DNA of 64,000 bases from positions 930,001 through 994,000 of the forward strand of contig MU008151.1 in NCBI GenBank assembly GCA_010909165.1. The letters run 5' to 3'. A program made the position numbers and the translations under genes. Under the pieces are notes generated by a model. It did not search any database. It saw only the letters and a list, made by a program, of their open reading frames with translations, and was not told where the DNA came from. The stretch is from Anthoceros angustus. Lineage: Eukaryota > Plantae > Anthocerotophyta. Every line of letters starts with the position of its first letter. Within the stretch, counting starts at the first letter, position 1. This document shows, piece after piece, positions 38,535-50,001 of the stretch.

Positions 38535-39943
38535 TGCGGCCAAGTGTGCACTTCGGGAGTTAGGAAATAAGTAGGGTTTCGCTTTTTTAGGATTGAAGGA
38601 TAAATAAGGCGGAAAAGGAGGAATAAATTGGGGTAGCGCCCGGACGAGGCTCCGAGTATCTCCCGGACTGGAGTGAACAACGGACCGACTAATCATGGCA
38701 AGCTCCGGACCACGCCGAGTAACGGATAAGTCCGAACCTACCCAGTCAAAATAGGATGGGCACGCCCAAGTAACCCCGGGAAATGGAGGACTTGAGGAGA
38801 GCCACGGAGGAGTCCGTGAGGAGGAAACCTGGGCGGAGTCCCGACTTTGTCCGGACCTCAGAGGGGAGGCCGACCAAGTCCGGACCCCAGAATAAGTCCG
38901 ACCAAGTCCGGACTTAATAAGTCCAAGTCCGGACCAAGTCCGGACCAAGTCCGGACCACGAGGTCCGGACCACGAGGTCCGGACCAAGTCCGGACCAAGT
39001 CCGGACCAAGTCCGGACCACAGTCCGGACCCGAGGACCGGGGCAAGAAGGGAGGAGCCCCCGACTTACGCTTAGGGGAGCCGATAGCCGGTGGCCCCACC
39101 GCGGGACCTGTGGAGGCCAGGAGGATGACGTGGTAACGGCGTTGTCGACCGCCGCCAGAGCCCAACCCGACAGTGATTCCGGGAGAGGAGGGGCCACGGA
39201 TCATCCGATTGGGTGCACCTAGTCGGGGACGAGTTGGACCACCCATTCCGAGGGGCCTGTGACCTTCCTCCACAATAAGGAGATAGGGGGAGATAGGTAG
39301 ACGATTAGGTATACCGAAAGCTATCACCGTAATAGGGGTGTAATAAAGACGCCACCTTCAGATAAGAGGGGCCGAGGCCGCCTAGTAAAGCATCTTTCTC
39401 TTGGTGTTGATGCGCGTTCTTGCGGACCTTTGTGAGTCTTCTTGCTAACGTGAGTCCCGAGTCACCGAAAGGTGCACGCCCGGGAGATTGATCAAGGTCC
39501 CGTGACGACTTAACGCGTTGTGGTGTGTGCGGGGAAGGGTGATCGTGATCCGTGTCCCGAGCCGCGTCCGACACCGAACTGACCGAACGTGCGGAGCCGA
39601 GGAACTCGGGAGGGTGTGTAGAGCCGGACGGAGGCCCGGAACGCGGAGGAGGAGGTCCGGATCACAGAACCCCGCCTTTTCTAAGATCAAGAGTGTAGCG
39701 TGAGAGGAGAGAGGAAAGGACTGGATGCAAGGATGGTGAACGATACGGACGCGAACGGGTCCTAAACGCTTGGCCATACCGCAGACGTGAACGCCAGAGT
39801 AGTTAGGAGTATGTGTGTGTTGAGACCGAACGAGCGCTAAGGACGTAAGAATCACCAAACGCGTAACGGGCCTATCATTCCCTTGGGAACGGACTTCTTC
39901 CTACAACGACACGGACGCGCCGCCATGCAAAAGTCCCGCCACA
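38535..39943 (+). repeat. 5' LTR
   Basis: Direct repeat of 45637-47050; ends ...GTCCCGCCACA; internal GGACCAAGTCC tandem repeats at 38870-39030. Confidence 0.88.
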
Positions 39944-39946
39944 TTT

Positions 39947-39962
39947 TGGCGCTGCTGGGGGA
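39947..39962 (+). other. Primer binding site
   Basis: TGGCGCTGCTGGGGGA lies immediately after the LTR, similar to the tRNA-Asp-type PBS TGGCGCCGTTGCCGGGGA of Athila-like elements. Confidence 0.7.
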
Positions 39963-42900
39963 ATGAAATCGGTCTGGTGCAGTGCGCCCTTAGGAAGAGA
40001 AGGTAAGTGAATGCGTCGACCGGTCAAGAGTGAACTGCCGAGGATCGGACGTGGTCACCTCGCGTGCTCTCCGAGCCGTGAGAGGAGAGACGCCAAACCC
40101 AACGAGAGCACCGCCGATCGAGGAGGGAGAACGTGGTCGAATTGTCGACCAAGACGAGTACGGGTAAGGGACGCCAACGGAAGAAGGTAGGACCCACGCC
40201 TAACCCATCGATGGCGCAGCCATGGCCCCTACCTCGACCAAACAAGCGCATCTATTCGGAGGGAAGAAGGAGCGGATGCGAGACCTTTGTGGAGGACTTC
40301 ATGTCCAAAGCCAACTTCAGCGGAGAGGGAGTCGACGTACCATCCAAATTTTCCAAGGGGTTCTCCGAGGACCGCTCAATGGTATCGGAGAAAGTACCGA
40401 CCAGGAGAATGCCCCACCCGCCTCGTTTGAAGCTTTGAAAATGCCTTCTTAGAACGGTTTCGAGGATCGACCGGGAGGGTATGTATTATCAAAGTTGGAA
40501 AATCAGGCGAGGAAGAAGGAGAAGCGGGCTCAGACATCGAGCGGTTCTATGCCCCGAGGATCGGCATCCAACCCATACCACCACGGGTACGGTGGTTGGC
40601 GGTCTAGCCAAACCCATGGCGAGCACGTCCTGCTGGCCGAGAAGGGCGTGGGCAAGGCGGTCGAGCGCCGAAAACTACGAGGAATCGCTACATCGAGGAT
40701 AAAGAAATCCGCTCAAGGAGGCAAGAAGAAGAAGAAGAAACGGGACTCCGAGGAGGAAGAGTCTTCGAGGAGGAGGAAGACCAATCGGAGGTGTCTTCTG
40801 AGGAGGAGCGTCCAAGAAGAGACGGAGGTCTCTAGCGAGGAAGAGTATCCCGCAAGAAGAAGAGCAAGAAAGCCCCAAAAAGAAGGTGGTAAGAAGGAGG
40901 TGGTGACACCAAGACCGTCCGAGAAGCTCCACCGGACCCGACTCCCTCAAAGGAGGTGGCAGTGCAGGAGGACTGGAAAAAGTGATAAAGAGAGTAGAGG
41001 ACAGCGATAAACTGTTAAGGACCGAGAGCGCGGAAAACACCGACCACGGAACGATCTCGTGTGCCGTGCCAAGCCACGGCCATTCGAATCCAACCGCCTC
41101 AAGGCCTCAAGTGGACTACGAATACGAGGAGGAGGCCGAGGAGCAATGGGAAGAGGCCTATCGCATGTGAAGCCCCTCCGGGCCGCGATATCCCAAAACC
41201 ATGTATCCGCCAACCGGAGGTCCGTCAATACAACGAGCCCCACTGCATGGGAGCCCTTCGTATCCTCCGACCGTGGTCGCTGGAACCGCGGGAATCTGGC
41301 CATTACTCCAACGCGTGTCCGCACTCAACGAGGTGGTAATGGGGACTTCGAGCCGGTGGCGATCGCAAGGCCGGGCATATGACATGCAAGACGCTATGTC
41401 CCAACCTCACAAGGACGGTAGCGATATGCCACACCAAGCGGAGAACCCGACCACCAACGCCACCTCCTAAGACTGACTGCAAGTCAAGATGCTCGATTGG
41501 CGGAGTGGGAAGAGATTCCCAGTGCGAGATGGAAAGAACAAGAAGGTACGGTGGGGGTGTCGAAAGGAAGGGAGTTGGAGTGGAAATCTTGAGGTGTCTA
41601 CTCAGAGTCAAGGAAGGAGCGACGAGAAAGGCGCCAGAAGAAGAACAAGATCGAGGAAGGCCACGGACGCCGAGGAAGGCAATCAAACCAAATACCAGCA
41701 GGATCCGACCGATGAAGGAGGGCTGGACGGCAGCTCGCCGAGGGATTCAAGGAAGTTCTCCCAGTGATGTGGAGAAGGAACGGTGCCTCCGCGACGGCGA
41801 CGTTAGCTTCCACGGACGTAGTCCGGAGGTGACCGAGATGTTGCAGGAGGAAATGCGCAAGCATCCGGAGAATACCGTAACACGTGACCCGGGAGAGGAT
41901 GAGGACGCAGCAGGATCCTCGATTGGGGTAGAAGCCTCGCCTTTAATGTGGACGATGATGAATCACAGCACCTTGTGTCCTTTCGACCTGCCGAGGATAA
42001 CCCAAATACCGGCAAGAGGTCCGTCGGGCCGTTAGGAAACCAGCCTCGGAGCACCAAAGCCGTGAAGGGTAGCACAGTGAAGTGAGGTGGTGTCCCATAC
42101 GACCTGGGGCGCCAGGTACAAGTGGAGATTGGATGTATCATCAAGGATGTACTGCTGGACACGGGTCCGAGTCAACCTCATCATCAAGCCACGACGAAAA
42201 TTGGGCTTCACATCCTTCAACCTCAACGAAGACTCGAGAATGGCGTATATGTCAAGAAGAGATCCGCGGGAGTTAACCGAGTCTTGGCCACCATAGCCGG
42301 TGCACCCTACAAACCGGATTTTGTTGTGATCAAACCGCCGACCATTAGGGTATGAGGTGTTCTTTGGGCGGCCATGGTGGGTTGGCCTGCACGCTACACT
42401 TTGGAAGGAAGGAGATTCACTTCAAGCCGTGGTGGGACCCTAAGGTGCGAGAAGGAGGTTGCTATCACCGGAGCAAGGACACCTATTGTGGGGAAACTGT
42501 GAGCACAAGGGTATACGGAGGACTCCAATCGAAACAAGATAGTTCCGAGGAGGCGACTTTCGCCAAGATCCGGTCCGAGGAGGAGATGGACTACCGGATG
42601 CCTTTGAAGTGGTTGATTGTTTTGAGTAAACGCCACAGCTGGAGGAAGGAAGTGAAGAGGAGGTCGGACCAAAGACAAGGGGAGACAACAAGAGTCGGAC
42701 CAAGGAAAAGCTGACATCAAGGAGTAACACGATTCACCTCCGACGAGCTCAGAATGGGGATGCGAGAGGACGATCCCGAGAGGAGGACGAGGGGTTTGAC
42801 GCGAGGCCGCGAGCAGGAGGCAGTGAACCCGGACGACGTGGAAGAAGTGGAGGTCCGCCTGCAAATTCTCAAGTTTAAGAAAGGCATGCCTCGGACCAAG

Positions 42901-45636
42901 GAAGCGGACATCGAAGGAGTAACACGATTCACCTCCGGAGCTCTTGAGAGAATGGGGATGCGAGAGGGCGATCCCGAGGAGGAGGAGGACGAGGGGTTTG
43001 GGCAGGCCGCGGGAGCAGGAGGCAGTGACGGCGTGGAAGAAGTGGAGGTCCGGCCAGGCAAATTCACGAAGTTTAAGAAAGGCATGCCTCGGACTGAAGG
43101 AAGGACTAAAGCATGGGGAGTTTTATGTTCGCCTTCAAGGTCACGGACATGAAGGGCATTCAAGAAGTGGGAGAGCATAAGATCGATTTGAAGCCGGAGG
43201 CGGTGCCGGTCAATCCGACAATACAAGCTCAACCCCAAGTATTCGATCAAGGTGAAGGAGGTCCTTGATAAGTACCGGAGGCAGACATCATTTTCCCCAT
43301 CACACAACGAGTGGGTCGCTACGGTGGTGGTTCCCAAGAAACAACCAGACAAATTCGGGTATGCCAAGATTGAGGAAGCTCAACGCCGAACGAGAAGGAC
43401 CACTTCCGATGCCATTCAGACGACATTTTGGACAAGGTGGTGGACGGACTACTTACTCCTTCCCGGATGGCTACTCCGGATATAACCAATTGCACCTAAG
43501 GGAGTTTGACCGACAAGACGACCTTCACTACGAGTGGGGTACGCTTGCCTACAAGAGAAGTGCCTTTGGGATGACCGAGCGCCTGTGGTCGCTCATGCGA
43601 TGGTGACCAACGTCTTGTGACTTCGAGGGACTTCATGGAGATATTCTGGATGATTTTGTGTGCATGGGGAGGACAAACACCTTGGGCATCTAAGAAGGTG
43701 CTTGAGCGCCGGAGACTCAATTGAGCCTACACCCGAGAAATGCTACTTTGGAATGACGGAGGGAATCTTGCTTTGGGACATCGGGTGTCGGCGGGGAATC
43801 GAGGTGGACCAGACAAGGTCCGGTCATCCGCCTCTCACCACGACGAACCTAAAGGAGCCGAGAGGTTTCACAGGAATGGTGGGATACTACCGGTTTATTA
43901 AGGACTTTGAAGAGGCGGCTAAGTTGATGTAACCATCGGAAGGAGGAGGTTTGGACCGGTCACGTGAGCGAGAGGAGGCCTTCGGGAACACACCTTGGTA
44001 AGCACCGGTTCTAAGAGGACCGGATCGAGCAGAAATTTCATGTGTATGTAGATGTGTCCGCTTTGCTATCGGAGGTGCCGAAGGAACGAAGGGATTATCC
44101 CGATACTACTACGACACACCCACGCTGAACGAAAATACACAACTACAGAGCCAAGTATGGTATATGTCAAGAAATTCGACACTACCTACCCAAAGGAGTT
44201 TGTGTTCTATGTAGACCACTTTGTCAAGCATCCGTGAATAAGACGGACTCCGGACGGATAGCAAGGTGGATATTGAGTTCACGTCAAGTGGAAACAAGAC
44301 AAGGGAGGCAAGACCAAAATGCGATTTCTCACACGATTGAAAACAGGTGTGAGAGATCGTGAAGATGCGCTCCTGGATGAGACATTGGTTGCCGCAGAAA
44401 GAAGTACAACCGGAGGAGCCCAGACCGAACCCCAAGCTACGAGAACACTTAGCGTAAGCGGAGAAGGGAGGTCCGCCGTCCGACCCACGAAGAAATAGAG
44501 CGTACTGGGAATGGAGCTCAAAATCGACTCGTGGATGAGGGAGGCATTGCACTATGCTCGACCCTTCGTAATGTACAACGGTGTGTGTTCAAATTAGGGC
44601 CTGACGGAGTAGAACGAAGGTACTTGCAAACCGCAGAGGAGCTCGCCGGGAATGCACGAAGGATTGGGGTGGACACACGAAGACAGTCACCACCAAAAGA
44701 TTTGAAGCGGATACCGTGGCCAACAATGTATGGGGACACCCACCGCTTAGAAGAAGTGTGATGCTTGTCAGGATCGGAAGCCAACCCCGACACAAAGGCC
44801 GCTAGTACCGATATTGGCACCGCACCTTCAAAAGTGGGGTATTGACTTTGTTGGACCTATACGACAAGACACACACAAAGGAGATACATCCCGTGGCAAC
44901 GGATCATCGCACTGTGGGTAGAGGCGGGCGACATAAGAACGGACTCGCAAATAGTGGCCAAATTCTGACGAGAACATCATAACCCGCAGATGTCCGCCGT
45001 AGCTTGGTGATAGGGGAACCCATTTCCTTAATGATGTGGTGGCCGCCATGACGGAGTATTGCATCAATCATCGCAAGACGGCACCCTACAATCCTAAGGC
45101 CAATGGGTGACAGAGAAGACAAATGGGCTCATCCGCAGGATCAATAAACTCAAGAACTACGCCCATGATCGATACTGCCATCCGTGACCGTATGCCCGGC
45201 AGAGAAGGTGACCACACAACGGACCCCTTACTTGACCTACTGACACTCTCCCGTAATGCCGAGTTTGAAGTGCCCACTTTTCGAGTAATGATGGAAGGAG
45301 ACCGACAAGAGGAAAGCCACGAGCGACTCTTGGGGTTTGTGCAAAGACATGAGGACAGGGAAGAAGCTCAGAAGATGCAACAGGTGCAAAACCAAAAGAT
45401 TTGGCACGATCGCCGATCGCGAATCGTGGAGTATGTAAAGGAAGGGACCGCCCTCCTTTATGATAGTCGACATGCATTTTCCGTGCAAACTTCACCGAGA
45501 TGGGTCAAGTGGTGCAAGTATATGACAACGGGTCCGTCCAGCCCACGGCGCCTAGATGGAGAGTCGCCCACTTGAAACGGGTGGGGTGAAGAAGTATGCT
45601 TAGTGTTGGCGAGACGCCAATGATGAGAAGGGAGTA

Positions 45637-47050
45637 TGTGGGCTATGCACTCGGGAGTTAGAAATAAGTAGGCTTTAGGATTGAAGGATAAATAAGGCGG
45701 AAAAGGAGGAATAAATTGGGGTAGCCCGGACGAGGCTCCGGAGTATACCCGACTGGAGGAACAACGGACCCCGACCACTATGGCAAGCCCGACTACGCCG
45801 AGTAACGGGATAAGTCCTAACCCACCCAGTCAAAATAGGATAAGTACGCCGAAAGTAACAACAATGGAGGACTTCGAGGAGAGCCACGGAGGAGTCCGTG
45901 AGGAGAAACCCGGTGGATGAGTCGACTTTGCCCGACCCTGAGGGGAGGCCGGACCAAGTCCGACTGTCCGGACCAAGTCCGGACTAATAAGTCCGGACCA
46001 AGTCCGGACATGTAATAAGTCCGGACCTCAAGTCCGGACCCCAATAACCGACCGAGGTCCGGACCCCGCAGACAGTCACAGCCGGCCGACCTGTGAATAA
46101 GCCGGACTCAAGTTCGTGAGTCGAGACAGACCTCGAGGACCGTTGCGGCAAGAAGGAGGAGCCCCACTTCACGCTAGGGGAGCCGATAGCTGGTGGCCCC
46201 ACGCGGGACCTGTGAGGCCAGGAGGATGACGCCGTGGTAACGGCGCTCACCGCCGCCAGAGCTCCAACCCGGCTGTGATTCCGGGAGAGGAGGGGTCCCG
46301 CCTCACGGATCATCCGATTGCACCACAACCGCTGACGGGGATTGGACCACCCATTCCGAGGGCCTGTGACCTTCCCACCGGCAAGGAGATAGGGGATAGG
46401 CCGGTAGGCGGCCGATTAGGTATACCGAAATGGGTTATCACGTAATAGGGGTGTAATAAAGACGCCACCTTGGGCGCAGATAAGAGGGCCGAGGTCGCCT
46501 AGTAAAGCATCTTTCTCTTGGTGTTGATGCCGCACCTTTGTGAGTCTTCTTGCTAACGTGAGTCCCGAGTCACCGAAAGGTGCACGATACCCGGGAGATT
46601 GATCAAGGTCCCGTGACGGACTTAACGCGTTGTGGTGTGTGCGTGGAAGGGTGACCGGTGATCCGTGTCCCGAGCCGCGTCCGACACCGAACGGACCGAA
46701 CGCGGAGCCGGAGGAACTCCGGAGGGTGTAGAGCCCGGACGAGAGGCCCGCGGAACGACGGAGGAGGTCCGGATCACAGAACGGCCTTTTCTAAGATCAA
46801 GAGTGTAGCGTGAGAGGAGAGAAAAGGATCGGATGCGTGAAGGATGTGAACGATACGGACGCGAACGGGTCTAAACGCTTACACCAGTTCAGTGCACGCC
46901 AGAGTAGTTAGAGTATGTGAGACCGAACGAGCGCTAAGGACGGTAAGAATCACCAAACGCGTAAACGGGCCTATCATTCCCTTGGGAACGGACTTCTTCC
47001 TACAACGACACGGATTGTGGCGCGCCACGGCCAAAGAAAGTCCCGCCACA
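45637..47050 (+). repeat. 3' LTR, preceded by polypurine tract GAGAAGGGAG (45625-45634)
   Basis: Starts TG, ends CA, collinear with the 5' LTR. Confidence 0.88.
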
Positions 47051-48690
47051 GAAGAATGGCCGCATCCTCCATGCCATCGGGCCAATGTGCAAGCAAGGGT
47101 TGCCGTGGTGGGATACCACCTTCCCAAGAATCGCCCCCCACGCCTTCCAGCCCGGGTCCCCTTCCCATTGGTGGGGATGAACCCCGCCTCCCAACCTCAC
47201 AGGGACAGTTGGTGCACTGCCCGCCATGGCACAATCGGGTGCACCTCCCATGTCGTGCGTGAGGGGACATTCGCCCCTCCAGCAAGACAGACAGCGAACG
47301 AAGTACGCCAGAGGAGGAGCTGGAGCACAAGAGGATGGAGGGCTGCTCCGAGGCTCTTCCAATCGATCGGGGCGAGGGAGGTGTTTTTTTTTGTGGAGCG
47401 CCCCACCATGGTGTGAGCGTACTATGTTCGGATGTTTTGGTTGCTGAACGGCATGCGCAGTGTCTAGGATCGAAGTGGATTTGTAGGACGCAGCGACATT
47501 GCTTTGATGAGGTTGAGGAGGGGGATAGTGTGAAGCATGTTCAGGACCGTAATGCTCGCATTGCACGGTTTCCTTCGCAATCGTGTTCGGTTTGAAAGGT
47601 GAAGTTACGATCATCTTCGGGTGTCTGCCGCCCCATACATCCAACCGCAAGCACAAAAGCATGTTAGTAGGCAAGCACACCAAACGTAGGATCGCTCCCA
47701 CATCCCGCTCCTTCCCGCATATATAGTGAAAGCGATGTGTAGGATTGCGTGGGCGAACGCGGCCATACTGCGAACAAAAGTTCTCGTGTATGTGTTGCCC
47801 GCCATGTTTGTAGACCATGAAAACCCTAACACCGCTATCAAAAAGATTCAGATGACACCTAACATGTGATGAACGTGATAGAATGTTTTTCCCGCTGCAC
47901 CCCGGTGAAGTCGTGGAACATAATGTGTATTATACGTGAGTATCAAAAAGATTCCGTGGCATATCCTCGCAGAAAGAAAGAAAGTCACACATGACTCCGT
48001 GTGACGAGATCCAGATTCCATGGCCTTCGGAAAGGTGTGATTACCCGATTTGCAACATTTGCAGCCTATAATATAAACTCATCACCATTCTCGATACATG
48101 AACCATTGATGCCAAGGACGTCATATGCCCTCTTGAGGATTGATGGCAAGGACGCCCATATGCCTCCAGAATGTTCATATGCAACAACAATAACAACAAC
48201 TTTATGTATGTCCACCGGAAATCTATTGGAAAGAGAAAACAATCGATCCCGCTATTCACTGAGAAACACCATGGGTTATATCCGCAATATCATTGCACTT
48301 GGAACCCTTCCCGTATGGTTTGGGAGAGGGTGTTGTTCCCTTCAGCTGCCAGACTGATGAGCTTAGATTCATGAAAGATCATGTTATCGAAAATTATAAG
48401 TAAAGGGTTTCTAGGTGATCCAGCCTATGGACACCAACCCAACCCAACCCAACCCAAATTTATCATTCATCAGGACCGCACGGAGTCGCTTCCCCTGCTC
48501 CGCCCGGTCCCGACCGACCGACAAATTCCCATTCCCATTTACTTATTTTAGCATGTTTAAGTTTAAGTTTCCGCTTCATGTGGAAGTTACTACGCTGTCA
48601 AGGCTGGTGGTGTGGCTGAGGAGCAAGACCGCCGCCTCATTCCATTCTAGCGGTCAGGAAGCATAGTACAAAGATAGCATGACATGCGGC

Positions 48691-48961
48691 ATGGCCAAGA
48701 AGAGGAGGCGGAGGATTGGCGCGTAGCGTTCACCGCAGCACGCTAGTTCTGGGGCCGAATGCGTCCAACTACCCGAGCTGCATATTGAAGAAGAGTATGG
48801 CGGCTACTTCACCGATCGAATGTGGTGATGAGGAAGGCATCATGAGCAAGAAGGTGTTGACCATTACCAGCAGCCTCGAGTTCATACACATTGAGCAGTG
48901 GGCCACGGCTTGGATCGGAGGATGAAGTGTCGGTTACGTTCGCTGGCGTCCAACCCTTCCC
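48691..48961 (+). pseudogene. Truncated 5' fragment of a TRN1-like copy with its own upstream region (48020-48690)
   Basis: GAGGCGGAGGATTGGCGCG, GAGTATGGCGGCTACTTCAC and CTGGCGTCCAACCCTTCC match the starts of copies A and B; ends where the duplicated upstream block restarts (~48975). Confidence 0.8.
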
Positions 48962-50001
48962 CTCGAAGCACCGAGTCTATGATGACACTAGACAACGCTG
49001 AAAATCGCCACCCATCTCCGATATCCATCTAAGCTGGAGATTTTGCTTCACATTCTTGAAGGTGAGGAAGGAAGGTGTGTTTCCATCCTTCCTATCCGGT
49101 GATTTGGTTGTGGAGAGCGTCTGAAAGCGTGGCTTTTGCAAAACAAACCGTGAGAGCAACAGTGACCAACTTGCTCAATAGATTGAACCCCACTGTAGAA
49201 ACCATTAACCCGGTCGACACCATCGTCCTCGACACTTCAGCCACGTGTGTGCCATTGTGCGGTGAAGGATTTTCTCACCGTCGACACATCCATGGCCTTG
49301 GAAAGGTGCGGGGATTACTCGATTCTGCAACATTTGCAGCCTATAATATAAACTCATCACCATTCTGCAGGTCCATGAACCATTGATGCCAAGGACGTCC
49401 ATATGCCCTCTCAGGAGAATGTTCATATGCAACAACAATAACAACAACTTTATGTATGTCCACTGAAATCTATTGGAAAGAGAAAAAGCGATTACTCAGA
49501 CTGCTATTCACTTGTGGAGAAACACCATGGGTTATATCCGCAATATCATTGCACTTGGAACCCTTCCCCACCGACTTTAGTGTGCGTGTTGTTCCCTTTC
49601 ACATTCACGCTGCCGATGAGCTTAGATTCATGAAAGATCATGTTATCGAAAATTAAGTAAAAGGGTTTCTAGGCTGGATCCAGTTTCCATGGACACCCAA
49701 CCCAACCCAGCCCAGCCCATCATTCATCACAGGGACCGTGCACGGGAGCCGTTCCGTTCCGTTCCGGTGTCCTGATCTCGACTGACCCGGACAAATTCCC
49801 ATTCCATTTACTTATTTTAGCATGTTTAAGTTTGGGCTGTTTCGCCGTTCATGTGGGAAGTTTCGCTGCGTGGGGCCTGGCTGCCAGGGCTGAAGGCCGC
49901 GGGGATGTGGTGTGGCCTGGAGGAGCACAGCACCTGCCTGGCCCTCATTCCATTCTAGCAGTCCGGGAAGCATAGCATAGCATAGCACAGCATAGCAGAG
50001 C

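Larger units (their letters stand above)
38535..47050 (+). mobile_element. Ty3/Gypsy LTR retrotransposon (non-chromovirus, Athila-like PBS), degenerate
   Basis: Two ~1.4 kb LTRs, PBS and PPT. gag zinc knuckle (GHYSNACP, ~41278-41322), protease VLLDTG (~42150), RT (DGYSGYNQ, FLDDF, 43180-43670), RNase H FHVYVD (~44040), integrase WGIDFVGPI / GTHF / YNPKANG (44830-45110), in PR-RT-RH-INT order. Confidence 0.92.
17281..48016. mobile_element. ~30.7 kb composite insertion: unclassified large DNA-transposon-like element with nested LTR elements
   Basis: The flanks rejoin to give the uninterrupted paralogous sequence at 49240-49350. TCCATGGC occurs at 17273-17280 and 48017-48024 but once at the empty site (49289-49296). 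Termini TGGAATACCGATCTC and GAGATCCAGATTCCA are imperfect inverted repeats (12/15). Confidence 0.7.
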
